A stretch of DNA of 64,000 nt, taken from assembly GCF_014230055.1 (NCBI RefSeq), contig NZ_JACHVA010000046.1, positions 91,963 through 155,962 on the forward strand, given 5' to 3'. Position 1 is the stretch's first letter; every line of letters begins with the position of its first letter. Position numbers and translations under genes: made by a program. The notes beneath the pieces are model-generated. The model was not told the DNA's origin, made no database searches, and saw only the letters and a list, made by a program, of their open reading frames with translations. Shown here one piece after another: positions 49,475-59,506 of the stretch. The DNA is from Puniceicoccus vermicola. GTDB taxonomy: Bacteria; Verrucomicrobiota; Verrucomicrobiia; Opitutales; Puniceicoccaceae.

Positions 49475-52400
49475 TGGGAGGAAATTCGCGTTGCGGATCA
49501 TATTGGCCAGAGTTTCGATCTCGGCAGGGTAGTTGAAAAAGGATTGGGCCTGTTGGGTCCACGCGAGGAGTTGGGCCCTGTCGATTGCAGAAAACCGATT
49601 GGTATTCTGCAGCTTGTCCGCGAAAATGGCGGCGGCCGTGCTCAGTTGGAGGCGGGCCGAGGCGGAATCGATCTCCGGCCAGACCGGTGGATTGGGGATG
49701 ATCCAGGAGCGCTCTTCGACGGTGATTTGTTCGGACTGATCTTCGTTTGTTGAGGATCGACCTCCCGGAGGGGAGAACGAAATGTTGTTGTCGGTCACAT
49801 TCCAGTGGTAACCGGTTTGTTGTGACATGATGTCGAGAATACGGATTGCAGGAAGGTTTCGAACGGAGAAGTTTACCTGACGATCTTCCGGTGCCGCACT
49901 GACCACAATGCTGACGCCCATGGAATTGTCGGAGTTGTTCTCCGCTATTAGGTCCGTGAGAGCTTGGGCGGCTGTCGGCAGGCTTGTCCCCAGAAAAGTG
50001 GCGCGGGGGATGACGACGGATTCGAGTTGTTCCAGAATGCGTTCGGTTTCCGCACTGGGAGGGGCGGGAGGCTCCTCCATTTTGAATCGCACACGGGCGG
50101 TTCCCAATGGGCCGGATCCATTCGGTTTCAGCTCGACCAAATAGAGGGCGTTGCCGGTTTCTTCGGCGGCCATCTCGGCGGCGTCGACGGCATCGTTGCG
50201 GAAGTCCTCTTTGTTCAGAAGATGGGTGTCGTAGCCGATGAGGCGGAAACGCTGGACCCGGTCCGGATTCCACTCGACCTGGACTTTGACATCCCGGGCA
50301 ACCGATTGGAGAGAGCTCGAAAGGGCCTGAGCGAAGAGGGCTCCGGCATCCTCCGGCGAGTTGAGGAAGGCGTATTGGCCGTCGCCGTTGCGGGCGAGTT
50401 CGGAGAGGAGGGGGTCGTTGAGGTTTTCCCAGCCGATCCCGAACCCATCGAAGGCGATCCCCTGATTGCGGAACTTTTCGATCATCGCGACGAGCTGATC
50501 GGCTTCGGTCTGGCCGAGGTTGGCGATGCCGTCGGAGAGGAGAATGACCCGGTTTTCGTAGGCGGGCTGGTAATACCGTGCTGCCATCTCATAGGCGGTT
50601 GTCAGTCCGTTTTCCAGATTCGTCCCTCCCTCGGGGGCCGAGTTCAGGGCCGCCTGGATCTGGCCCGAGTTCGACGGGGAAGACTGGAGAAGGTCGACGC
50701 GGGAGTCGGTGGCAAAGGTGACGATATTGATGCGATCCTGGGGGCGGAGGCCATCCGTGAGCTTTTCAAAAGCGGCCTCAATGGTGCGCTTGCGGTCGGA
50801 TCGCTGCATCGATCCGGAGTTGTCGATGGCGAAGGTGATCTGCGCGGGCTTTCCGGCCCGACTTTGGGCGGCGGTTTTCACGGCGAGACGCACCACTTTG
50901 AGATTGTGGCTGGCGGGCAGAGTCGCGGACTCGACCTCGAAGCGAACGGGTTCTCCGGAGGCGGGGGAGGGATCCCGGTAGTCAAAGGCGTTGTAGAATT
51001 CCTCCTGCCGAATCGAGACTGGATCGGGCGCGATACCCTGTTCGAGCTGGCGGGCGGCGAGCTGAAAGGAAACGTCGGCTACGTTCAGGGAGAAGGTGGA
51101 GAAATTATCCTCTTCGGTGTCGGTGAAGGTGGCTGCCGGGGGAGGCGCGGGACGTTTTACTGGCTTTGGTGCAGGCTTGGGTTTAGGCGCGACTTCGCGC
51201 TTCTTTAATTCGTCCGTTTCGCTGGCGAAGCTATTTTCGAAGCCATCGTATTCGTCTCCGTATATCTCTCTCCTCAAATTCGGCTCGATCCTGAGACCGT
51301 CCATTTTGGCTGTTTCTTCGGTGCTTGGATATGCGGATTCACCCCTGAAACGGTACATTTGATTGCCCCTTGAGCTCGAGTTGTCGAAGTCTCGAGCTAC
51401 GTCGCTGCTAGCCATTTCGTAGTCTGCGGTTAACGATCCGGATTGCTTTGAATCGGTTTCCGAGAGGGAGGAACTACGGGAATGGGTGACTTGGCCGGGA
51501 GTTTCGTCGGCGAACAATTGGCCCATCAGGGGCAAGTCGCCCCCGAGACGGTCTACTTTGGCCTTTTCTCCGGCGAAGGAGGTTTGGCTGCGGGCGGGTT
51601 GAGGCGAAGTTTGTGGGCGGTGTGGAGCCGCGAACGGATCGTCCATGGGGGCGCTCGGTTGTACATATCCACTGGCAGCACCTAAGCTGAAGCCGCCGAA
51701 GTCCCGGGCTCTGTCGCTTTTGGCCATATCGAATTCTGCGGTCAACGATCCGGATGACAGTGAATCGGCTTCCGATCGGGAGGAACCCCAAGAACGGGTG
51801 ACTTGGCCGAGAGCTTCGTTGCGGGTGGATTCGCGTTGAAGATCTCCGTACGTTTTCACGAATTCCTCGTAGCTGATGGAGCCGGTCGGAGAGGCAGCTG
51901 GAGGTTGTGGGGACTGAGGGGCAGCGGGGGGCGCTGAAGCACCCCCCCTACGGTCACTTCGGGTGGGAGCGGTGGTGACGGTGGGGGCGGATCCTGAACC
52001 GGCGATTGGGCCTCGGGTTTCGGCGGGGGGTTCGGACTCCGGGGAAGCGTTGAGAATATTATAGCTAGCGTCCCGAACCTCTAATCCAGGGGCTAAATCT
52101 TCCTCGAAAAGAGTGGACGAGTCTGCGATCACGGGAGAGGCATTGGGACTCTCGGGGGAAGGGCCGGACTGGGGGCGCATGAAGGAGGAGCCGGGAGCTT
52201 GGCGATTGCCTGTAGTTTCACCTTCAAAGCTTCCCGTTACGTTGAATTCCTCGAATTCGAATTGGGGGGACTCAGGGGCAGGGGGTGGCGCTGAAGCAAC
52301 CCCCTTACGGAGATCTTCCTCTCTGGGTTCGGGAGGCTGAGAGACCGTGGAGGACGTCGTAGTAATCCCCGAGCTGAGGTCGTGGTCAGTGTCCTCAAAA

Positions 52401-52744
52401 AGGGCTGGTTTGGGTTTGATCGGATTGCTTTCCTGGACTCGGTCGAGTGAGGGAAAGAGGAGAAAGAGGAGGATGAGTCCGGCGGCGATCCCGCTTCCGA
52501 CCGAGGAAATGCCGCGGAGGGAACGCAGCCAGATCGGGACCGGACTGGATCGGGGTGCCTCCGTATTGGAGGGAACGCCATGGACCTCGGCGAGGAGGTG
52601 GGCGGTTTCGACCAGCTTCTTGCGTCGTTCGAGAAGTGTCGGGTCCTGGGCAAAGGCCTCGCGGAGTTCTTTTTCCTCCTGTCGGGTGGTTTCTCCCAGA
52701 ATGGAACGGAGGATGAGATCGTCGATGGGTTCCGGATCGTTCAT
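49472..52744 (-). CDS. Membrane protein with anti-sigma-factor-like N-terminus, single TM, long low-complexity linker and a von Willebrand factor A (vWA) domain
   Basis: N-terminus MNDPEPIDDLILRSILGETTRQEEKELREAF... (anti-sigma N-terminal domain-like). TM GIAAGLILLFLLF. vWA MIDAS motif ITFAIDNSGSM...ILLSDGIANLG. Its start overlaps the ECF sigma stop (52741-52744). Confidence 0.75.
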   Translation of the reverse strand: MNDPEPIDDLILRSILGETTRQEEKELREAFAQDPTLLERRKKLVETAHLLAEVHGVPSNTEAPRSSPVPIWLRSLRGISSVGSGIAAGLILLFLLFPSLDRVQESNPIKPKPALFEDTDHDLSSGITTTSSTVSQPPEPREEDLRKGVASAPPPAPESPQFEFEEFNVTGSFEGETTGNRQAPGSSFMRPQSGPSPESPNASPVIADSSTLFEEDLAPGLEVRDASYNILNASPESEPPAETRGPIAGSGSAPTVTTAPTRSDRRGGASAPPAAPQSPQPPAASPTGSISYEEFVKTYGDLQRESTRNEALGQVTRSWGSSRSEADSLSSGSLTAEFDMAKSDRARDFGGFSLGAASGYVQPSAPMDDPFAAPHRPQTSPQPARSQTSFAGEKAKVDRLGGDLPLMGQLFADETPGQVTHSRSSSLSETDSKQSGSLTADYEMASSDVARDFDNSSSRGNQMYRFRGESAYPSTEETAKMDGLRIEPNLRREIYGDEYDGFENSFASETDELKKREVAPKPKPAPKPVKRPAPPPAATFTDTEEDNFSTFSLNVADVSFQLAARQLEQGIAPDPVSIRQEEFYNAFDYRDPSPASGEPVRFEVESATLPASHNLKVVRLAVKTAAQSRAGKPAQITFAIDNSGSMQRSDRKRTIEAAFEKLTDGLRPQDRINIVTFATDSRVDLLQSSPSNSGQIQAALNSAPEGGTNLENGLTTAYEMAARYYQPAYENRVILLSDGIANLGQTEADQLVAMIEKFRNQGIAFDGFGIGWENLNDPLLSELARNGDGQYAFLNSPEDAGALFAQALSSSLQSVARDVKVQVEWNPDRVQRFRLIGYDTHLLNKEDFRNDAVDAAEMAAEETGNALYLVELKPNGSGPLGTARVRFKMEEPPAPPSAETERILEQLESVVIPRATFLGTSLPTAAQALTDLIAENNSDNSMGVSIVVSAAPEDRQVNFSVRNLPAIRILDIMSQQTGYHWNVTDNNISFSPPGGRSSTNEDQSEQITVEERSWIIPNPPVWPEIDSASARLQLSTAAAIFADKLQNTNRFSAIDRAQLLAWTQQAQSFFNYPAEIETLANMIRNANFLP

Positions 52745-53271
52745 TGTGAGCCTCCTTCGTTTTGAGCCTCGGCATGGAGTTGCTGGAGGGTGCGGCAGAG
52801 GATGAAGCCAACATTGGAAGCGGAGAGTTTCATGCGCTTGCCCATTTCCTTGTAGGACGCCCCTTCCTCGAATTTGAGCCGGAGGAGTTCCCGTTCCCGG
52901 TCGCCGAGGCCGGCGAGGAGGGATTCCAGGCGTTCCAATCGTTCCAGATGCTCCAGCCGTTGGTCGGGTCGCGTCGAGGGGTCGTCGTTGTCCGCCCGGA
53001 CGGATTCGTCGAACGGGACGGTATGGCGATGCCTCCGAATTTCGTTGAGAGCGAGATTGCGGGCCGTGCGGTGAAGCCAGGCGAGAGGATGGCGGACGGG
53101 ATTTTTCTCCTTTTCGAGCCGGATGGCGGATTCCTGAACCACATCTTCGGCCCCGGCATCGTCGAGATATTGGCAGACATAGCGATGAAGGCGCGGACGC
53201 CAGTCCTCGGGAAGAGCGGGAGAGCTCTTCGGGTCCTGAGGTTTTTCTTCAACATCGGCGGAAGAGTTCAT
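52741..53271 (-). CDS. ECF-type RNA polymerase sigma-70 factor
   Basis: Region 2 (LAWLHRTARNLALNEIRRHR) and region 4 (LLRLKFEEGASYKEMGKRMKLSASNVGFILCRTLQQL). 176 aa. Translationally coupled to the anti-sigma/vWA gene. Confidence 0.85.
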   Translation of the reverse strand: MNSSADVEEKPQDPKSSPALPEDWRPRLHRYVCQYLDDAGAEDVVQESAIRLEKEKNPVRHPLAWLHRTARNLALNEIRRHRHTVPFDESVRADNDDPSTRPDQRLEHLERLERLESLLAGLGDRERELLRLKFEEGASYKEMGKRMKLSASNVGFILCRTLQQLHAEAQNEGGSQ

Positions 53272-53512
53272 GCGGATTCCCGATCGATTTCTCGACCGCA
53301 GTTCGGATAGGGCTCGGGGATCATGCTCACAATAATCTGGTCGTTACGCCGCGTGAGACACACGAACTTCTCTTTTATTAGAAAAAATCTGAAATTCGAG
53401 ACGGAATTTCGGAATTCGGAGCGCAAATGACCAAGCCGAAAGCACTGAGATTTCTCCTGCTTCGTTGGCAGCTTCGCAGAACACGTCTAGCTCTCCTCTG
53501 GCACGGAATCAC

Positions 53513-53590
53513 AAAAAAAGCCCCGGAGCGGGCGGCTCCGGGGCTTGATTAGATGAGTTTGACGATTCGCGTATTAGCGTCTGTCGAAGT
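53513..53590. repeat. Duplicated copy of the SPFH gene's 3' end plus its terminator hairpin
   Basis: caaaaaaagccccggagcgggcggctccggggcttgattagatgagtttgacgattcgcg is ~90% identical to 38829-38895 (terminator plus last codons …IVKLI* of gene 38867..40099). There is no ORF upstream of it here. Confidence 0.65.
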
Positions 53591-53733
53591 CGTTCTCCGT
53601 CTTGTCAGTGTGGTTCATCCTGAGCGGTTCGAGTCGGCTCGATGCGATGAGGTTGCTGCTGCCTCGGTGTTTCGATTACTCCGGTTGGGCCGAATCGGTT
53701 GAATGAGATGGGAGATCTCTTTTAAGAACGGGC

Positions 53734-54831
53734 TTAGTTGGAGATCGGAATCGTGAGGAGAGGGGTTTGGCTCATAGCGTCCCCGGTTTCCAAAGCAAAC
53801 ATCTGGCTGAGAATCGTGAAGCTGGCTTTGGTATCGAGGTCTGAGTTCGGGATGGAATACCAGTTGCCGCGATAGTGGGTGCTGACATAGGCATCCGATG
53901 GGCGGGAGGAATCGACCTGGACTTTGAAGAGGTCGAGGAGAACCTGATTCCAGTCGAAAGCGGATCCGTCCGCATTCAATGTGCGGGTTACCCATCCGTC
54001 TTTGACGTGCTCTGCGGGGGCCTCCACCCCTTGGGAGAGGTAATAGAAAACTCCGAGAAGCGACCGAGTGTTGATGATGATCTCACCGGTGTTCTCCTGC
54101 CGAATCGAAGCCGTGCCCGCGAAAACGGGGTACTCGTTCAGCGCGGGATCGAGGCCGAGCAGTTCCCGGATCTCGTCCGCCTCAGCTGAGGCGCCGCTTT
54201 GGGGTAGGTAAAGAGCGGGGCCGCCTTCATTCTCCCCGGATGACCCCTTCCCTAATTGCATCATGCTTGTCTTTTGAAGTTCAAACATGAGGGCGGAAAC
54301 TCGATTGAATTCGACATAGGTAGCCGCTTCCTTGGGGGTGGGGCCGGAAGCTCCGGGGGCATTGTCGACCCCGTTGACTCGCTGCACGACCATTCGACCG
54401 ACAGCATCGATACTCCATCCCGAGTTGAAGAGGAGGGATATGGTCTGGAAGGATACCGGTTGGAGTAGTCTTGAGACGAAATCTTCGCCCTGTAGCGGCG
54501 TAAAGGCGATGGTGGGACGTTCGCTGAAACTCACGCCAGCGCCGGCGTTTAGAACGTCCGTGCCGTCTCCGCTCAGAGGGAACGCTCCTCCGATGGAGGC
54601 GTTGGTGTTGAAATCGAACTGGGCGGTGAAGGAGGAGGCCTCCATGAAGTAGGGCGTGTCCCGATACTTGAGCCGGACCAGATTGAGGAGCAATTGCTCA
54701 TCGGCAGTCTTCTGAAGGGCCGTATTGTATCCGTTCGCGGAGCCCTGATACGTCGAGGGAGGCATGGTCATGCAGCCGCTGAGCGCAGCGGCGCATAATG
54801 CGGAAAGTGCGATCTGGAGTGCGTTTCTCAT
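53734..54831 (-). CDS. Hypothetical lipoprotein (365 aa)
   Basis: Signal with lipobox AALSGC. Remainder beta-rich with no catalytic motif. Confidence 0.5.
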   Translation of the reverse strand: MRNALQIALSALCAAALSGCMTMPPSTYQGSANGYNTALQKTADEQLLLNLVRLKYRDTPYFMEASSFTAQFDFNTNASIGGAFPLSGDGTDVLNAGAGVSFSERPTIAFTPLQGEDFVSRLLQPVSFQTISLLFNSGWSIDAVGRMVVQRVNGVDNAPGASGPTPKEAATYVEFNRVSALMFELQKTSMMQLGKGSSGENEGGPALYLPQSGASAEADEIRELLGLDPALNEYPVFAGTASIRQENTGEIIINTRSLLGVFYYLSQGVEAPAEHVKDGWVTRTLNADGSAFDWNQVLLDLFKVQVDSSRPSDAYVSTHYRGNWYSIPNSDLDTKASFTILSQMFALETGDAMSQTPLLTIPISN

Positions 54832-54980
54832 TTTGTTGTCTCAGTTGATTTTCTTGTTGAAGTTTCCCCTCAATTGCTCGTCTTTGAGGACATCACTGTG
54901 GGGTGGTTCTTCAGTTGCCCGCCAGATCTCAAAGTTATGGAGGTTTCCGGCAATGATTTTTCGATGAGCGACATCATAAG

Positions 54981-55925
54981 TTGACAAGTGACATCGGAAG
55001 GGCTGAAAGGACTCCTGTGAATCAACGAGAAGAGCGGCGAGCCTCTGCCGGGCAGATTGTGGAGGAAGGGGAATTCCTGCGTCGATGCGGGAGCCTGCTT
55101 CTGGGGTTGCCAGCCGACAAAGCGATTAACCGCATCCTCGCTTTGCTGGGCAGGGCGCATCGCTCGGATCGCGCCTGGTTAATTCGATACAATCAAGATT
55201 TTACCCATTTCTGGAACACTCACGAGTGGGCCCGATCGGGATCGAGCGAGCATGTGGTGGAGCTCCAGGGGATTCCGGTGGAGATGGGAGCTTGGATGCA
55301 TGAGACTTTGCTCAAGAATAAGGCGGTTTACATTCAAGACTCGAAGCGGATGCCGCGCCGTGCCAAGGCCCTGCAGTCTGAGTTCATGAGGCAGAGCATT
55401 CGGTCTCTGCTCTCGGTGCCAGTTTTTTACAGGGGCAAGTTGATGCTTCAGATCGGCTATGACACCACGACCCACGAAGGCGATTGGTCGGAGGAGGAGA
55501 TTTGGCTACTGCGGGAGGTGGGGAGGTTGTTTGCTTTGCGGCTTTTTGCGGATTCGGCTCCGCCAGCTTTTCAGCCGGATGTAGAGGAGAAGGAGGACGC
55601 TTCGATTCATTTGCAGGAGAGCTCGGTTCATCGGAGGATCATGCTGGATCAGGTCACCCATATCACGGCAGATGGTGACTACAGTCGGATGAATTTTCTG
55701 AATGCTCCCAGTGCATCCGATAACCGAAGTCTGCGGTATTGGGAGAGCGCGCTTTCGCCAAGGCGCTTCGTTCGCATCAGTCGTTCGGTCATCGTTAACT
55801 GCAGTCGGATTCAGAGCTTGGATCGACGTGGCGGAATCTGGAGGCTTCAGCTCCGCGGCCTTGCCGAGCCGCTCACCGTCGGCAGAAGCTACCGCGCTGA
55901 TCTCAAGCACCGGCTGGAGTCATAA
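54981..55925 (+). CDS. GAF-domain / LytTR DNA-binding transcriptional regulator
   Basis: N-terminal GAF-like region. C-terminal LytTR (RIMLDQVTHITADGDYSRMNF...FVRISRSVIVNCSRIQSLDRRGGIWRLQLRGLAEPLTVGRSYRADLKHRL). Confidence 0.75.
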   Translation: MTSDIGRAERTPVNQREERRASAGQIVEEGEFLRRCGSLLLGLPADKAINRILALLGRAHRSDRAWLIRYNQDFTHFWNTHEWARSGSSEHVVELQGIPVEMGAWMHETLLKNKAVYIQDSKRMPRRAKALQSEFMRQSIRSLLSVPVFYRGKLMLQIGYDTTTHEGDWSEEEIWLLREVGRLFALRLFADSAPPAFQPDVEEKEDASIHLQESSVHRRIMLDQVTHITADGDYSRMNFLNAPSASDNRSLRYWESALSPRRFVRISRSVIVNCSRIQSLDRRGGIWRLQLRGLAEPLTVGRSYRADLKHRLES

Positions 55926-56057
55926 ACGTTCGGGCGGGGCGGCTCGCCTGTGGACTGGGACGGGGTTTCGCCGCAAAAAGGCGCAGAAGCTCGCAGAAAA
56001 GAGGAAGGCCAACTGATTCGTGAGGATCCACTGTCATAGGTGCGTGAGTCCTGAGTA

Positions 56058-56215
56058 GGTAGATCCAAAGTAGTGAGAGCTTCCAGCTCTCTCTTCCTGC
56101 GCAAATCGAGAGCAAGGATGCTCTCGCTACTTTCTCCTCTCCACTGCAAAAGACCTTCCGGGCAATCCACCAAGGTAGTGAGAGCTTCCAGCTCTCTCAC
56201 CGCGTAAGATAGGCC
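56058..56215. repeat. Short hairpin repeat family F (copies 3 and 4, tandem ~110 bp apart)
   Basis: atccaaagtagtgagagcttccagctctctcttcctgcgcaaatcgagagcaaggatgctctcgctactttc … ccaaggtagtgagagcttccagctctctcaccgcg. Confidence 0.7.
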
Positions 56216-56620
56216 GATGCGGAGCTCCGTCTCTACCATGCGATGAGTCGTCCTCGCAAAGGGGCGGCTAATGTCTTCAGACGCCGAAAGTTCATCGAAA
56301 CTGCGGAGCCTCAACGGGTCGCGCAGCTGAAGCTGAGCGACTACTTGGGGGAAATCTCCCCAACAATGTTGTCCGGTTTCGGACCGTTTCCGTCTTGAGG
56401 AGTCCCTTGGCGTTGGGCGCGATCAAAGCTGAAGTCATGGCACACTGGAAACGGGTAGGTTTTTTAGTGTCGCGCCGTAGTATGGCCCGATGCCGGAGAA
56501 ATTTTTGCCAAATCGTGGACAGGAGGGATCCCATGCTTTGGGCTTTCGATTCAGGAGACCTCGAGCCTTCCGCGTAATGACGGGACTCCCGAAATGTAAA
56601 AGAGTTTCCTGAATCGTCTT

Positions 56621-57610
56621 GTGAATTCAGAGCACTCTCTTTTTCATCGGGATTCCATGGTTGTAAGTTCTCATGTTCTCCTCCGTCTGTTATTGATTTT
56701 GGCTTTGCCTCTGATGGCGGTAGGGATGGTAAGGGTCGAAACCGGAGGTGGTGCGACGATGACCGGCGAGATTCTCGCGGAGAAGGAAGATCGGGTGGTC
56801 CTCGACCTCGGCTTTGAGGTGATCAGCATTCCACGGGAGGTCATTGTCCGGATCGTGGAGGAAGAAACGGAGGAGCCGGTGCTGCGAAGTTCGGGGGACC
56901 TTTATCGGGTGGCCGAGGGGGCGCAGACATTGCCTTTGCGGACCTTGGTCGATCGTCTCGGGCCGGCGGTGGTCATGGTGCGGACGCCGACGGGGCTCGG
57001 GTCGGGATTTTTTATCAACCCGGAGGGGTATGTCGTGACCAATGACCATGTCATCGCGGGGGAGCACGAGATCACCATTACCGTTTTCGAACAATCGGGA
57101 TCGGGCTTGCGGAAGGAAACTTTTGAAAACGTGGCGATCGTCGCCTCGAGCCCGGAGATGGACATAGCTTTACTCTCGGTCGCCGGGGAGCCGGGGCGGG
57201 TCTTCGAAACCGTGCCTCTGGGAGATTCGGCGGATTTGCGCGCCGGTCAGTCTGTCTTCGCGATTGGGAGCCCCCTGGGCCTCGAGCGGTCGGTTTCGGA
57301 GGGGATTATTTCGATTGCCAATCGGCCGATCAATGGTCGGTTGCATATCCAGACGACGACCCAGATCAGTCCGGGGAATTCCGGGGGGCCGCTCTTTAAT
57401 CTGCAGGGAGAGGTCGTCGGCGTGAACAATATGAAGGTCGTGGCCATGGGGGCGGAAGGTCTGGGCTTTGCGATCCCGGCCAACGTTTTGAAATTCTTCC
57501 TCAAGAACCGTGACGCCTTTGCCTTCGACCCGACCAACCCGAATGCCGGCTTCCGTTATCCATCTCCGCCCTCTGCCTCCGACGAATCTCCCGAAGAAGA
57601 AGGATCCTGA
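56621..57610 (+). CDS. Trypsin-like serine protease (S1C/DegP-type catalytic domain without PDZ), membrane-anchored
   Basis: Catalytic triad in TNDHVIAG, DIALLSVA and GNSGGPLFN. N-terminal TM (LLLILALPLMAVGMV). Confidence 0.85.
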   Translation: MNSEHSLFHRDSMVVSSHVLLRLLLILALPLMAVGMVRVETGGGATMTGEILAEKEDRVVLDLGFEVISIPREVIVRIVEEETEEPVLRSSGDLYRVAEGAQTLPLRTLVDRLGPAVVMVRTPTGLGSGFFINPEGYVVTNDHVIAGEHEITITVFEQSGSGLRKETFENVAIVASSPEMDIALLSVAGEPGRVFETVPLGDSADLRAGQSVFAIGSPLGLERSVSEGIISIANRPINGRLHIQTTTQISPGNSGGPLFNLQGEVVGVNNMKVVAMGAEGLGFAIPANVLKFFLKNRDAFAFDPTNPNAGFRYPSPPSASDESPEEEGS

Positions 57611-57661
57611 GGGAGGAGGAATCTTCGCGCTTACTGTCTGTTTATCCGTATTTTTTAGCTT

Positions 57662-59506
57662 ATGAAAACCTTCCGTCTCTCAAAACTTTTTCCGTCTCTT
57701 CTGTTGGGGAGTGTTCTGCTCACGGCTGCAGAGGGGGCCGCTTCCGATCGGGTTGATCTCGCTGAGTTCTTGGATGAAGATTCCACGTTCCTGTTTCTGG
57801 TCCGCGATATGCCGGAATTGGAAAGCGGATTCAGCGAGAGTGCTTTTGGCGAGCTCATGGAAAATGAAGATCTGCGCCAATTTCTCTCCTCCATAGTCGA
57901 CCGCGACGTGGACGCGGAGATGGACGAGTCCGCAGATGGAGGAAAGCCGGAGGGTCTCTTCGGAGATGTGGCGAAGGAGCAGTGGGAACAGTATGGGCAT
58001 CTCTTCGACGGAGCTCTTGCCTTCGGATTGACCGCTCCTTCTTTTGATGGGAAGAATTTCGAGGAATGGAGTCCAGATAAGGGCGGCCATTTTTTCATCC
58101 TCGGGGAGTTCGCGGGGACGGAGGAAGACTTTTCGGAATTTCTCGATCCGTGGAGCGATGAGCGCCCCGAGAACCTTCTGCCGGGTCAGGAGCCGTATCT
58201 CTATGATGAAGATTTCATGGGATACACCCTGCATGTGGAGGAGGTGCTGAACGAGGAGGGAGCTTTGGTTCGGCGCAATGGCTGGGCATTGGTTGATGGG
58301 ATCCTCGTATTGGCCGAGCCGATGGAGAGCCTTCGCGATGTGGTGGCCCGCATCGCCGATCCGTCCGAGGGGGGCGGGATCGGGCAGTCGGACCGTTTCC
58401 TCGATGTGAAAGACCGAGCCGGTGACGGTGATGTTTTGCTGTATCTCGACCTTGAAGAGCTGGCACGGATCATGGGGAAGGGAATGGAGATCGGTATGAA
58501 TCGGAGTTTGGCCGAGGGCGGTAACCCCTTGGGCATTGAGCCGGCGAAAGTGGTCGAAGCGATCGGTTTGGGGGCTCTCGATTCCCTCCATCTCTCGGTG
58601 AACTTCGGGGCGGAGGAATCCGTAGTCCGGGGAGGCTTGTCCTACAGCGAGAAGAAAGGGGTGCTCAATTTGCTGTCCTATGGCGAGGGCCCGATTCCCT
58701 ATTCGTCCTTGCCTCCCGAGGATGCGGTTTCTTCCAGTGTGGGCCGAGTCCGTTGGAATGAGGTTTGGAGTGGGATTAAAGAGATGCTGGGAGAGATTAG
58801 CCCGAATCTTACGATCATGCTGGAGATGACCCGGAAAAATTTCGAAAGAACGACGGGTGTGGATTTTGAAAGGAGCCTGATCGGAGCCTTGGGGGAGGAG
58901 ACGGTGACCTACGCCACTCTCCGCGAGACTTCCGATCCCGAGGGCGACGATCTGATGCTTCTGGATTCGGTCATTGCCATTCAATTACGGGACCCGAATG
59001 GATTTAATCTGGCGATTGAAGGGGTGAAGGGGATGTTTGGCCTCGACGCCTTTTTTGAAGAAACGAATTTCGGGGGCGCGACCATTTTTACTTCCGCGCA
59101 AGCGATGCCGGGAGATCCCGAGAGCTACGTGTCCTATGCACTGACGGGGGACTACTTTCTCTTTGCAACGGGGAAGGGTGGGCTTCTGCAGGATGCGGTC
59201 TCCCGGATGAATGGGCGGGATTCCGGTTTCTGGAATCGCCCCGACGTGCAGGAGGTCGTCGCCGAGTTACCTCCGGAAGCGGTGGGCGCCAGTTATTCGG
59301 ACCTCGGTTTGTTGCTCGGCAATATGATTGATGTGGCGATCGCTGTTCGATCTCAGGATCCTGAGGCCGAAGAAATCCCTGAGGGAGTTCGTAATCTCTC
59401 GAAGGGAGATCTTTTTCCTCACTTTGTGATTACGGGACAAGTGCCGGATGAGGATGGGTTCTTTTTCGAGAGCCTTATTCTACCCATGGAAAGGCTGGAG
59501 CAATGA
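57662..59506 (+). CDS. Hypothetical secreted protein (614 aa), DUF3352-like
   Basis: Signal peptide LLLGSVLLTAAEGAAS; acidic. Its stop overlaps the next start (ATGA 59503-59506). Confidence 0.5.
   Translation: MKTFRLSKLFPSLLLGSVLLTAAEGAASDRVDLAEFLDEDSTFLFLVRDMPELESGFSESAFGELMENEDLRQFLSSIVDRDVDAEMDESADGGKPEGLFGDVAKEQWEQYGHLFDGALAFGLTAPSFDGKNFEEWSPDKGGHFFILGEFAGTEEDFSEFLDPWSDERPENLLPGQEPYLYDEDFMGYTLHVEEVLNEEGALVRRNGWALVDGILVLAEPMESLRDVVARIADPSEGGGIGQSDRFLDVKDRAGDGDVLLYLDLEELARIMGKGMEIGMNRSLAEGGNPLGIEPAKVVEAIGLGALDSLHLSVNFGAEESVVRGGLSYSEKKGVLNLLSYGEGPIPYSSLPPEDAVSSSVGRVRWNEVWSGIKEMLGEISPNLTIMLEMTRKNFERTTGVDFERSLIGALGEETVTYATLRETSDPEGDDLMLLDSVIAIQLRDPNGFNLAIEGVKGMFGLDAFFEETNFGGATIFTSAQAMPGDPESYVSYALTGDYFLFATGKGGLLQDAVSRMNGRDSGFWNRPDVQEVVAELPPEAVGASYSDLGLLLGNMIDVAIAVRSQDPEAEEIPEGVRNLSKGDLFPHFVITGQVPDEDGFFFESLILPMERLEQ

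Noticed and set aside
43298-51208. Numerous long plus-strand ORFs (for example 44046..45323, 45897..46898, 47364..48215, 48270..48890, 49964..51208) inside the giant minus-strand genes
   Set aside because: Gly/Arg/Glu-rich low-complexity translations antisense to coherent protein-coding frames. The expected shadow ORFs of ~62% GC sequence.
57680-58984. 434-aa minus-strand ORF antisense to the secreted protein gene 57662..59506
   Set aside because: The plus-strand frame has a signal peptide and is translationally coupled to the downstream FG-GAP gene. The minus frame is featureless.
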